A DNA stretch of 51,684 nt, taken from contig CT867985.1 in assembly GCA_000165425.1 (NCBI GenBank), positions 930,001 through 981,684 of the forward strand, written 5' to 3'. Source of the DNA: Paramecium tetraurelia. Its lineage: Eukaryota. The notes below the pieces were generated by a model. That model made no database searches. It saw only the letters and a list, made by a program, of their open reading frames with translations, and was not told where the DNA came from. This document shows, piece after piece, positions 40,018-51,684 of this stretch (positions are counted from its first letter, which is position 1; every line of letters starts with the position of its first letter). The translations under genes and the position numbers were made by a program.

Positions 40018-42705
40018 ATGATAAAGTCCTTTTCATTCTTATTGCAAAGAATTTCTAGGTTTCCTTAAACATCCATAAATTTGCCTAGATATATCTTGTC
40101 AGAGAATGTTAAGGAAAAGCAAATCAGAGAAAATGACATGCTGTGGATTGCAGCAAATGCTGAGTATTACTATTCTTATAATACTTTTAGCGACAAAAGA
40201 TGTTCAATATCTGAGATCTAAAAATTCATCAAAGAGGAACCCATACTTGAATAGTCCCCGATTAGACTGATGGATTTAGGAAATAATTATTTTAGGCATA
40301 TAAATCCTAGAAAGAAAAAGACAATGCTGTAATTATTAGATGCCTACGTTGATAACTTAACTGAATCCGAGATCAAGGAATTCTAAAATGCCTTATCTAT
40401 TTATTTTGATAATTCATACGAGGGGAAAGATTTAGAGGAATTGAATTATGAAGAAAAAGACTTGCCTGAATAAATTTTGTGGCACCTTTATAGCTTAATG
40501 ATATTTGATAGAATAAGTAGTTAATATGCAAGATATGAATATTTGGACTAATTCAGAATCATTGAATATTTTAATAAAAGGGATAAAGTAATTGTTGAGT
40601 ATTTTAATTATAGGAAAAAATTAATCGTGTAAAGTATGTTTTTACATCTCATCCAACTTAACCTAATTCTCTTACATAATTGATAGCTATAAGCAGAATG
40701 CTTTAAGGGATAGAATAAAACGATTACAAGTATCTCAAGTATGCTGCGAAACTATTCATCCAATCGAACAAACAACGTGTATTTAATGTAATTTAAAATC
40801 AATATATTCTTTAGAAAGTTTCTTATATTGAAGAATCTCTAATTTATCATTCTTAATACTTGCCTAATCTTATAAAAGCTGTAGCCTAAGCTTATGAATT
40901 AGGCTTATAGAATCCAGAAGAATTTATTGAAACTCCTGGGACTTGGCTTACATTTGATTTTGACAATCACCCTGGAATGGTTTTAATATTTATTTAAATT
41001 TAGGAAATTGGGATAATGACCTACACACACGGTTTAACGATGGAATTAACACTATAATAGTATAAAGAATATATTGCGGAAGCAAAATTCGAAGACCATA
41101 TTTATTTTAAATAAATATTAGAGTTATATCAATAAGCATTAGAATATAGTAGATAAATAAGAGATTTGAGTGATAAATTCAGGGTTAAAAAAGAAATCTC
41201 AGTTGAGGAATTTTTTCAATAGTTGCCAATATACAATATAAAGAAAATAGAAGATTAAATAAATTAAGTGTTAGAGCAAATTTTGCTATAGAATGACAAT
41301 TCCAAAGATTACTTTATCGCTTTGAAATTGAAGAAACTATATAAAATTTTTAGATTAACTGGAGTGCTTGGTTAAATCAGATTAGCTGGGGAAGATTTAA
41401 CAGATGTATTTCATTGTTATATTCTATAGATAAACAAAATCAAACCGATGATCAAAAATATTTTTAAAGAAATATCTCTTCTTAATGCAAACGGTTAAGC
41501 AGCTGACATGGTAATTATTGCTAACTTTTAAACTTAATCTTAATATGATCTAGTCAGTGAATTAATTAATCAATATAAAGTTTAAAATATGGAAATTGTA
41601 CCTTTATTAGAATCATTTTCATCAACTAATAATACTGATTCCAGAATTACCATGATAGCGAGTAGCGATACGAGATAGAGAGATGGTTTGATCTTAACAG
41701 AACTCAGAAATATGAGAGAATTTAAAAGAAATCCTGAAAAATATATTTATATGGGCTAGGGAATTACTCCAGAAAGAGGAGGAGGACCTTATGAATTAAT
41801 TCACACTAAATATTAAGCGCTTACAAGAGCATAACGAAAACTTCATATTAGGACAATATAGGGTCACTATTTTACATCTGAGTTTGTAAGTGAGGATGTG
41901 GCATTTACTTTTATGCTCAATGGGTTAGCCAATATTAATTATAGTGATGATTTTGAACCTAGTTATCAATATATGGATTTTTTATTTGAATTAGGTATGT
42001 TTTTTATTAAACTTAGACAATTTTGTTGGTGTACCTTAAAGAGCTATGTAGAAAACAAAGGAATATAACGATTTGTATTTAAAAAATTAGGTAATTAAAA
42101 CAATGGTTGAATCATTTAATTTTGGAGGAAGTCGAGAGACTGCAAAACCTTTTGAAAATTTAAAGAATTAGAGAGCTATAGTACAAGCCTATTGCAATAG
42201 CGACAGATGTTCGTTTACTCATCCAGAATTGGCTTATTGGGATAGAGTTCCTGAAGAGTTGGTTAATAAAATAGCAACATATTACTATAATAATCATCCT
42301 CATATGAAATATTTACTTTATATGTATGCTCTAATGGTCAGAAGATGCAACTTAGATTTTGCCAAACAAGAAGTTGGTCTAGATTCTTCTAATCCCTGTT
42401 ATTAAGCTATGGAAAAGGGAAGAGCAGCATTAATAGCAATATTAGATTAGTTAGGTTTAGGAAATCATAGTACACCTATGATTGCAATTTGGAAGTAGCA
42501 TTTGGGTTGTTAGTTATAATCAATGGAAGCAGAAACAGATTAGAAATTTAAAACATTTATGACTCTTAATAAATTATAGTTGTATTAAGCTAAAAAGATT
42601 GTTAAACATGGAATTTTAGAAACAGATGGATTCTCAAACCAAAGAAAATTGAGACTCTTACAGTCAACATTAGCAAATATGACTTCTTTTGCTGGTAAAG
42701 GTTGA
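40018..42705 (+). CDS. Highly divergent phosphoenolpyruvate carboxylase (862 aa if four introns are spliced)
   Basis: Collinear PEPC motifs: VFTSHPTQ, GTWLTFDFDNHP, GQIR, EIVPLLES, MIASSDTRQRDG, YMGQGITPERGGGP, RTIQG, FNFGGSR, QRAI, C-terminal FAGKG*. Introns of 26, 27, 24 and 22 nt give a whole number of codons. Confidence 0.82.
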
Positions 42706-42831
42706 ATTGATACCAATTATCAAACATTATAATAATATTAAAATAAAAATAGTCAAAGATAGATTAAAAATTCATTCTAATTTTTAAACCCTTTTGAGTT
42801 TAAATTCATACTCATCCTAATGAATCTGTAA

Positions 42832-43107
42832 TCAACATTACATTTACGATAATTGTATGATTTCTAATAAATATTGTGAACAATTGACAATTTATTCAAG
42901 AGGACTTAACAACTAATCAAATATTTATACACTCTCCAAATGCATTAGACATTATAAATTTAGTTTCCTTTAGTGCTTATTTAAACTCTTTAAGTGTTAG
43001 AAAGCTTAAAGATGGTCGTGTCAATTACTAAACAAAATGTCCAATTGTTGTTCATAAAATCCGAACTAATTTTATCCAACAATAAACTCATTCACTGATA
43101 AGGACAT
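42832..43107 (-). CDS. Possible small hypothetical protein (~83 aa)
   Basis: MSLSVNEFIVGQNQFGFYEQQLDILF..SQMQC* if a 24-nt GTA..AAG intron containing an in-frame TGA is removed. Another open frame also exists, so the model is uncertain. Confidence 0.35.
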
Positions 43108-43269
43108 CTTTTAGGTTTGCCTTATTTTTTGAATTAATTTTTAGAAATATTAGGGTTTATATTAATCTAGTTCTATATATTTTTGCTTAAATTAATTTAC
43201 AACAACAATAAACTTATAAGTTCAAAATTTTGAATTTATCTTAAGAATTTTATTGGAGAGTATTTTAAA

Positions 43270-46200
43270 TGAAGAATAAGTGTTGAAAAATAGTGAAATT
43301 AAATTATTTTATTAATCCAGAGATGAAAGATTTAGCGTTAACTAATTTTATATTGTATATCTAAAGAGTGGAAATATCTGAAGAATTTCAGAAACTGTTC
43401 ATATTATTTGCAAAGTTATTCTCCTAAATACCAGATATTTATACTCAAAATAATTCTATTCAATATAGTTATTTTCCTTAGAAACTAAGGATTAGTTGAA
43501 CAGCTAGCTAAAGCATAAACTGTTAGCCGATTAGACATTAAGCATACCTATATTAAATCTTTCAACTCATTAGTAATATTTTTACCTACATATATGTATA
43601 TTTACTTTCTAGTAGAAGTTTAGCAGTTTAATTAAAATATCAGATTTAGGAGCAGCGACGCAACTGCAGCTGGCCTTCAATCACCCATAGTATTTGAAAT
43701 CCTTCTAGAAAGAAGTGAAATGAAACGCAACCATTCTGTTCTGTAAGTTATTTTCTGATACTGAAGTCGCGAAATTTTTTTCGTATTGGTTTGAACAAAT
43801 ACCTTATTATGCTAACTTATGTATACCACTACTCATGGTTGTGTTATATTTCCCAATTCTACCAAAATCTACTTATCCTACATGTGGCTAAGATTGTCTT
43901 TCTTGCTTGTTCAATAAAAATAAAGGTTGTTTAGATAGATATTGTTGTTATTCTCTGAATGCTCAGAACTACAAATATTAATTATTCACAAAGTTGTTAG
44001 TTAATAAATTAAATTGAATTAGTATTTCTGTTGAGATTTACTCCTGAATTACTGATGAGACTTTCAAAATACAGTTGCTTTTACTTGCTGTTTTCCATAT
44101 TTTTGTGGAGCGACAAACTCTTCTAGAGAGAATGAAGCAATAATTTAGAGTTTATGTTTTCACCTCAGCCGCTTTCATCACACGTGCTAATGCACTAATC
44201 CTTTGAAATTTAGTATATTGATTTTACTTAATTTCTCAATGTCTCCTTAAGACAATTTATGAGATAAATACTTCTATGAGTTGGAATAAATAATACTTAA
44301 TGTATTCCTTTTTGCAAAACTTTTTATGCCTGTAAAGGATATTTCACAAAAACTGGTGGATAGTGTGTATGGAACATCACCTTAATCTATATTTATTGCA
44401 GCATATCCATCTGTCTAATATCTTTATATTCTTTATGATTGAAACTATGGAGATGATCTTCTATATCAATAGCTTAATATAAATCTTCAAACATGACTGA
44501 ACATGCACACTTTATTCAATTATATTTAAATTATAATGAATGTAAACTAAATTTAAAGTGCTAATTTTCTGTTCAAAAATCTGTTCCCAGTGAAATATGC
44601 TACAAGTGTATGTATTTTCACATCTAATGCCTGTAATACCTGTTAATCATGCTATTGACGATGAAATCATGACAAAATTAAGTTTTCTTTCTATAAATAA
44701 TTGGTATTCTCTTGTGCATTTAAAAATAAATTAATTATAAATAACTTTGTTTAAAATTACATATGTTTTTACGGTGACTCAAAATATATAAGCTCCTAAA
44801 TTTGTTTTATTACCCATACCTAACCTTTGAACAGTATCTGCTCAACTTTTTATGTATCATGATTTGGATAGATTGAAACTCTTCCAGAAATTTTCGACTA
44901 AGTTTTGTGTTTTGTAATTTGTTAAACTCATCAACATGTGATAGTGAAATGAAGATAAAGGTATTTTGTGCATTCAATATAATAACTATTAAAACTTGAA
45001 AGTGATTTTGGTCATATTATGCTGAATACTTACAGCATCACAGGCGGCATATTTAATAAAATTGAAAATTTATTTTACATTAAACTAAGATAGTTACATC
45101 TACTTTAACTTCTTTTTTCCTTTTTAAACTAAATCCTTTAAAGAAATCTATATAGAATTTTCATTCATCATAGAAGAATACACAATGTACATTGCATATT
45201 ACATTCACAAGTAGCATATGAAAAATATAAAACTGATCAAAATATTTTTACAGTTTGTACTAGCTGATCTTTATTGAAGGTAAGTAAGAGCTACTGCTTA
45301 AATTGGTCAATAAATAAGGAATAAGCATTATTGATATAACTTTTCTTCCACAATCTGCACTTCATTGTTTTGATTTGCATCCATATGGTTCCTATTACAG
45401 TCTTAATAAATAATTTTTTTAACAATTACATGATTATCAAGTAATGTTTAGAAATAATTGAACCCAAAAGCTGCTCATCATTCTTGATCACCTTCTGTGG
45501 AAAAATCAAACTACTAGTTTTAAATCCATGCAAAACCATAGCAACGTAAGACAACAGCAGGATACTTCTTAACAGGGAATTTAGAATATCAACATCTCTG
45601 GCTCGAGGAAGAAGACTATTGTTATAAATTGTAAATCATGTTTAATTAGAAAATATTAAGGAACTTATTACAAAATCTAAAGTATCTTTTTTCTTAGATC
45701 TAGAATCAATTAGTCTATGTATAAGCTCATCGGAGCACTTAATGATACTCAAAATAAGTAGAAGACTAGTGCATTAGGTAATAAGTGATTTAGAAATTAA
45801 ATACTTAATCTTTATATAATATAACCTCAGTAACATAGAGTCATTTCTATCCATATTTAAAATAAAGGTAAGGGTAGGACAAGAGTCAGAGTAAGTAATT
45901 TTAGATCTTCCTTCTAAACTTCTCTCTTAACCCTAATTGTTTTGATTGTATCATAATAACATATTAATTTTAGAAGTTGATTTATCTTGCAGTAGAGCAT
46001 TGAATCATTACTTTTTCACACAAGGTACCATAAGTAGCCATAGTGGCATCAGATATGATAGAATTATGCGAAGGCTTGTTGCCTTCTAGGTGTAACTTTA
46101 TTTTCGATTAAAATGACACACTTCATATTTACTTCCACTTTTTAACTAATCAATCAATCTTTCTTGCCTTTATTGATCAAATATTATAAATAGTGTTTGC

Positions 46201-48060
46201 TATGCTATGTGGTCAAATGTAAATTGATATATAAAAGTGGAATTGATATTTAGTATTCATAATAATTCAACAATAGAGGCCTAAGATGAATCGGCTTGTA
46301 AACCTCGCTAAAGCCCACATTTGCATCTCAATACTTCAAGATTTTACTATATTATAATTTGATGCTATTTTACCAATATAACTTTTTTAACAAGAGAGTG
46401 AATGTATACTACAAGTGTCTTTATTTTAATCAACATAATTAATTAGAATTCACTACAATATAAGCTAAACGATTTAGATATTTTTGCATGATTGTTTTTT
46501 GCCCAGTTAAGAATTCATCTTGATGCAACAAAATTCTTTCCCAATTACTTATTGATCATTGTAGAAGGAATGAATTTGATAACATTTATTGTTTCTCATT
46601 TCTACTTTATTCTAATTGGGCAAACTTTCTGCGAAGAACATAGAGTAACAGTGTATCTAATGTTCCTTTCTGTTCCCAATTAATAAATAAAGTAATAAAT
46701 AATTGTTCAAATTAAGTAGATGAAGACATCATAATTTAAAAAAATTAATAGCTAGAAACCCAAAAATCTTAACCATAATTAAATCAGGCAACAATGTTAA
46801 GAATCCTATATGGATTAAGAACAGAATGGTCAAGAATAGATATTTTAAATAATACATTTAGATGTTGATTAAATATATAAACTAATGTAACTAATGGACG
46901 TAAGATTAAATTAACTCAGCTCATAATAAATTTAATCAATAAAAAAGGAGATTAATTAAACAATTACATTTAAAAAGTCGGTAATGTAAATTGATAAAGA
47001 AAATGATAAAATAACCTTATACTTTAAATAAATCAATATAAACAATAATTAAATTAGGGATGGACTTAACCTTTGACAAACAGTCTAAATCAATATAGTC
47101 TTCATTCTAATAAACATTTTATCATAAGTATAAACCAGTGGAATATTTAATCTTTAAAATCAATGACTTTAGCCCATATATTCTGTATATAAGAATGTCG
47201 TAGTAAGAACATAAAATTCTTCCCTAGTTATACCATTTATAAATAATATTAGAAGAGATTCACAATTTGGCAACTGCAACCATTTACTTTAACTTCAAGA
47301 AGAAATTGATTTTGACTTTTTAATAATTAAAGTTCAAAATCAAATATTAATAGTGTATTTCAACTCTAAAAATGAACAAACAAATTTCTTGGTGAAACTA
47401 GACTGGTGGTTGGCTAAGTTTTTTAAACATAATTAAAGAAAGTCACTACTTTATAATTAGCTGAGATTTCAATATTAGTAGCTAACCGTTTAGCTAATTC
47501 AGCCCAGCCCTAGATGAAGACCTTTCAAGTTAATAAACCACAAGAATGTCACCAAGTTTAACAGATTACATTATATGCAATCTTAGAAAATATAAAATTA
47601 TTTAAAAGATAAGAAAATACTCTATACCCATCCTTAATTATAACTATCCAAAATAGCTGAAGTGTTCAAAACTGATAAAATAAAGTTCTGCCAACTAATA
47701 AAGAAATTAGTAATTTTAATAACAACAAAAAGGGTGAATATTGTAAATTACTTTAAAGACTCAAATGATTTTATATATTTTGGATATAGTGTGATTATTA
47801 AATGCGATGAATAATTGGATAAGGTATCTAGCCCATAATTATTTCTACCAAAAAAGGCTACTTACACTGCCTCCTCTTAGTTATATCGAAAAATAGAAGC
47901 TATAACACAAATGTACTATGATAATGCAATTTGCTATGATGGAAAATCTAGTGATTTACTATCGATCAAATAGATCTCTTCCCAAAAATTAGTATATGAA
48001 TAAATATAATAAATTAATTAGTTATTATTAAGAAAAAGGATAGGAAAACTGCAGATTTAA
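43270..48060 (+). pseudogene. Decayed large Cys-rich (furin-like repeat) protein gene or genes
   Basis: Coding-like fragments TYPTCGQDCLSCLF (from 43871), SNACNTCQSCY* (44623-44658) and INCKSCL (~45625), but the frames I sampled are broken by TGA and shifts. Boundaries are approximate. Confidence 0.45.
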
Positions 48061-48165
48061 TGATTTCAGTAACGCATTTAATACAGTAATTAGGAAATTA
48101 ATTTATAAAATATTAGAAGAGAGCATTAAAAAAAATCTGCATTATTTGCATATTAAATAATAATC

Positions 48166-48167
<2 letters not shown>

Positions 48168-48218
<51 letters not shown>
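48168..48218. repeat. (AAT)17 microsatellite
   Basis: 17 perfect AAT units with degenerate units upstream and an inverted attattatt just downstream. Confidence 0.95.
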
Positions 48219-48220
<2 letters not shown>

Positions 48221-49841
48221 TATTATTATTAGAAACTGAACAAATTTTATGAAAGAAGACCACGAAGGGAATCCAGAATGAAAAATCTAATCTGTAGCTA
48301 CAAATTAGTTGTATCGATTCTATAGAGGGATTATTTTTGCTCTTAATTAAATGTGTTTCTCTACTTTAGAAAGGATTTCTTAAGACTTCTAGACATATAA
48401 ATCTAGTATATATTGTTTTATATATAATATGAAGATAAGTAATCTGATCTGATTATTATATATTTTAAAGGTTTTATTTCATTAACTGCTTTACTTCCTT
48501 TGATTCTCTGTCATGAATGTCTGCAGTATCAATTGATTATTCTGGTATTGCCTTTAGTTAAAACAATTCTCTCCATTCCAAATTAACATTATTATCCAAT
48601 ATTATTGTACACTTACCATATTGAAGAGGGTTGGAGCAGATTTCTTAGTTTTTGCTCATATCTTTCCTGACTAATTAATTATTCACTATAGCATTTTTCT
48701 CAATTTAACTTTTAAAGCATTATTATTGTTCTCTCTTACTACTTGTTTTCTTTCTTTATTATAAATTGAATTTAACTATTAATAGTTAATTTTTCTGAGA
48801 CTCCTTGCGCCTCATCTTGCTAGCAAAAGTCTGTGGCTGCCTTGTTGTATTTAGAATTTTTCCTCGATAATAGAGTCATAAAACCAAAAATTCATTTTGC
48901 ATACCCTTCTTGATTTTTGGCTTTTTATATTATTTTTACTTTGAATAAAAAAATCGTCCCTGAAAAATAAAAATCCAAGTCATTAAACTTCTTTATAAAA
49001 TTTTATTAATAAGACAATTTTTACACACTTTATTTTAATTTAACTTAAAAAAAATTTTTATACCTCTAGAAAAAGGATTCATGTTTTAATTTAGAAGGGC
49101 CCAAACCTAACTAAATTCCACTAATTCAAGCCCATTTTTTAGAAATAATGAGTTCTCATTACATTAGCTAGTAATAGGATTGGGAAGTTTGACTCCGAAG
49201 GAATCAAAATACTTATTATTATTAAGTAACTGGGTATTTATAATAAGTCTTTGGAAAAAGGGTCTACATATGGAATAATGAAGAATATGGGAAGAGGCTT
49301 ATAACAGAGTAAGTAATATTGATTATTTTGAGAGAATATCTTACTCCTATCATCTTTTCCTATTCTATTTTTTTAATAAAAAACATACGAATTCACTTTA
49401 TCTACAATTAGGCAAAGAATATAGAAAGTGTTTATCTTCAGATTCAGTTTGTGTAAAATATGTTCACGAACTATGAGGTTAATTAGTGAGGAATATTATC
49501 TTAAAGAAGTGAAATAAATTAAAAAATTCAATGTTTTAAAATTTATATACTGATTCATTTTAAGTTTTTTATTTATTCTTGCATTATGAATGCGCTTCGC
49601 AAATTACCATCTATCCTTTATAGAGCATATTTGGTTGTAGTCTCCATAATCTTCCTTTCTTTTCAATAAAGATTCATTTTAATGTTTTACTCCTATCCTT
49701 AATTATTTAATTTATTATCCTTATGAAGTCTAATGTTTAATATTTATAACGAATCAATATTCACATTAAGTCTGTTTACTAAATCTAAGTTTAAATTTAT
49801 TCTTGAAACTCTGATGGTCTACAGTTTAAGTTAAGTAACAA

Positions 49842-50015
49842 TTTTTTTCCTCATTTAGGGCTTCACCCAAATGATGCCGAAGTCAAGAGGCCGTTGGCCC
49901 TGCTGAGGATGGCGGGTATTATAAAGGGGGTATCCAAACCCCCGAGGTAAATAGGAAGAATAGAAAGTAGAGGAGAAAAATAGGAAGTAGAGGAAGTTGG
50001 AAGAAGGAGGAGGTG
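49842..50015 (-). other. GC-rich non-coding element with predicted multi-stem RNA structure and A7 end; candidate retroelement 3' end, SINE or ncRNA
   Basis: On the minus strand: pyrimidine tract, GGGGGU/ACCCCC hairpin, four-way junction closed by UCCUCA/UGAGGA, then an A7 run. G-U pairs form only on the minus strand. Confidence 0.5.
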
Positions 50016-50302
50016 AAATTTTTACTAAAAACCTGTTAATTTAAGTAGTATATTTTAAAAATTTTGTATTCTAATTAATAATAATTTGTATTATGCCAGC
50101 TGTAAAATTAAAATAAAATACTTCTTTTAAGAGAAAAAATACATGTATTTACTGACTGCCAATCATTAATATCAATACTTTTTATGTAATTCATCTGAGT
50201 GGGTTAAACTCATTTTTGAAATGGATATAACTCAAAAATACCATAGGATATTGATGAAAAATTAAATATTAATGTTGTTAATGATTATATGAATATTTCA
50301 AG

Positions 50303-51684
50303 TCACCTTTGCTTTAAGTCTTCTAAAAAGTAACTTCCTTTGGATAAAAACAAAGGTTTTAAATCTTCCCCTTAATGATTAATGAATTGTCCTAAGAAGA
50401 TAAGTGTTTCCGAAGCTTCTAACAAAGGATTCTAACATATTCTAAGCATTGTATAATCATGATTAACTAAATAATAATTAATATTAAATACCATTTGGCA
50501 ATAAGAAGCTGTTTTGAAGTGGTAAGAGAAACTAGGTAAGCATATCATTTTAGCCATTATTTAATTGGAGCATTTCTTTTTATATTTTTACATTCCAGGA
50601 ACAAATAGAGTTAGGTCTGCTACCGGATGCTAATGTATTACTATTAGGAGAGAAATCAACTGAATAAACTGTATTAGAATACCATCTAATTTGGCTTTTT
50701 ATTATCCTGTCTTAACATCCCATAAACGGATAGATTTATCATAACTACCAGATGCTAATGTAGTGCCATCAGGAGAGAAATTGACTGAATAAACATAATT
50801 AGAATGACCATTTAATTTGGCTTTTTATTATCCTGTCTTAACATCCCATAAACGAATAGACTTATCTGCACTACAAGATGCTAATGTAGTGCCAGTAGGA
50901 GAAAATTGACTTAATAAACATAACTAGAATGACCATCTAATTTGGCTATTTTTTATCGTGTCTTAATATCCCATAAACGGATAGTGTTATCCACACTACC
51001 AGATGCTAATGTAGCACCATCAGGAGAGAAATTGACTGAAATAACACAATGTGAATGGCCATCTAATTTGGCTTTTTATTATCTTGTCTTAACATCCCAT
51101 AAACGAATAGACTTATCTGCACTACCAGATGCTAGTGTAGTACCATCAGGAGAGAAATTGACTGACCATACTCTTTCTAAATGACCAACTAGTTTGTCTT
51201 TTTATAATCCCGTCTTAACATCCCATAAATTGATCGAGTTATCATCACTACCAGATGCTAATGTAGTACTATCAGGAGAGAAATTGACTGAATAAACCCA
51301 ACCTGAATGACCGTATAATTTGGCTATTTATTATCCTGTCTTAACATCCCATAAATGGATAGACTTATCATCACTACCGGATGCTAATATATTACCATCA
51401 GGAGAGAAATTGATTGAATAAACTATTCCTAAATGACCATCTAATTTGCATTTTTATTATCCTGTCTTTATATCCCAGAAACGGATAGATTTATCTGCAC
51501 TACCAGATGCTAATATATTGCCAGTAGGAGAGAAATTGACAGACATAACTGTTTCTGAATGACCATCTAATTTACTTAAGTCATGTATTTTGATATTCTT
51601 CCATTTACAATTGAACAATAAAGCTTAATTCAAGTTCATTCCACTAATATCAACATTATCAAATTCTGATCCATTTAAAATGCA
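50303..51684 (-). pseudogene. Paramecium-type WD40 tandem-repeat gene with two 1-nt deletions (5' part outside the window)
   Basis: FDNVDISGMNLNQALLFNCKWKNIKIHDL, then 8 repeats of [35 protein letters not shown], then C-terminal MLRICQNPLLEASETLI..GQFINHQGEDLKPLF.SKGS..LEDLKQR*. Frameshifts near 50902 and 50680. Confidence 0.8.
50590..51575 (-). repeat. 126-nt WD40 tandem repeat array (8 units)
   Basis: The GH-codon anchor recurs at 51561, 51435, 51309, 51183, 51057, 50931 and 50806, a 126-nt period with one 125-nt unit. The eighth unit near 50681 lacks one base. Confidence 0.92.

Noticed and set aside
48500..49000. Possible minus-strand gene or retroelement ORF fragment
   Set aside because: All three frames I read are closed by TGA after short runs and no motif was recognisable.
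49848..49975. Hammerhead (CTGAGGA..GAAA on +), HDV-like or twister assignment for the structured island
   Set aside because: No stem II closes onto a GAAA; the HDV-type P1 would have 2 mismatches in 7 and no P4; the twister loops do not match. It is kept only as an unclassified structure.
50590..51575. CRISPR-like or non-coding satellite array
   Set aside because: The 126-nt period equals 42 codons of WD40 and there are no unique spacers; the host is eukaryotic.

Overview
AT-rich ciliate DNA, most likely a Paramecium (aurelia-type) macronuclear scaffold; the genus is inferred. Conserved proteins read through only with nuclear code 6 (TAA/TAG = Gln, TGA = stop), introns are tiny (about 20-31 nt, GT..AG) and intergenic gaps are often under 50 nt. 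The supplied standard-code ORF track is therefore mostly fragments and shadows. Positions 1-42.7 kb hold about 23 tightly packed genes: MAPK15/ERK7-like kinase, SPFH protein, CTR9, S10 carboxypeptidase, GrpE, a WD40 protein, two RING proteins, a nucleoplasmin-like protein, three more kinases, a J-domain protein, EBP2 with an RGG tail, a C2/TM protein, an NIF-repeat Nup98-Nup96 precursor, an axonemal-dynein-light-chain-domain/EF-hand protein and a highly divergent PEP carboxylase. From about 43 kb coding integrity collapses into a decayed Cys-rich gene, an (AAT)17 microsatellite, two non-coding islands with strand-specific RNA-structure signatures and a doubly frameshifted 126-nt WD40 repeat gene. 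Top leads: (1) a compact four-way-junction, kissing-loop RNA ending in an A-tract at 49.84-50.02 kb; (2) the divergent, possibly mitochondrial PEPC; (3) the micronuclear-type Nup98-Nup96 with an altered GLEBS and an apparent ubiquitin-like insert. All translations were done by hand and no database searches were run.
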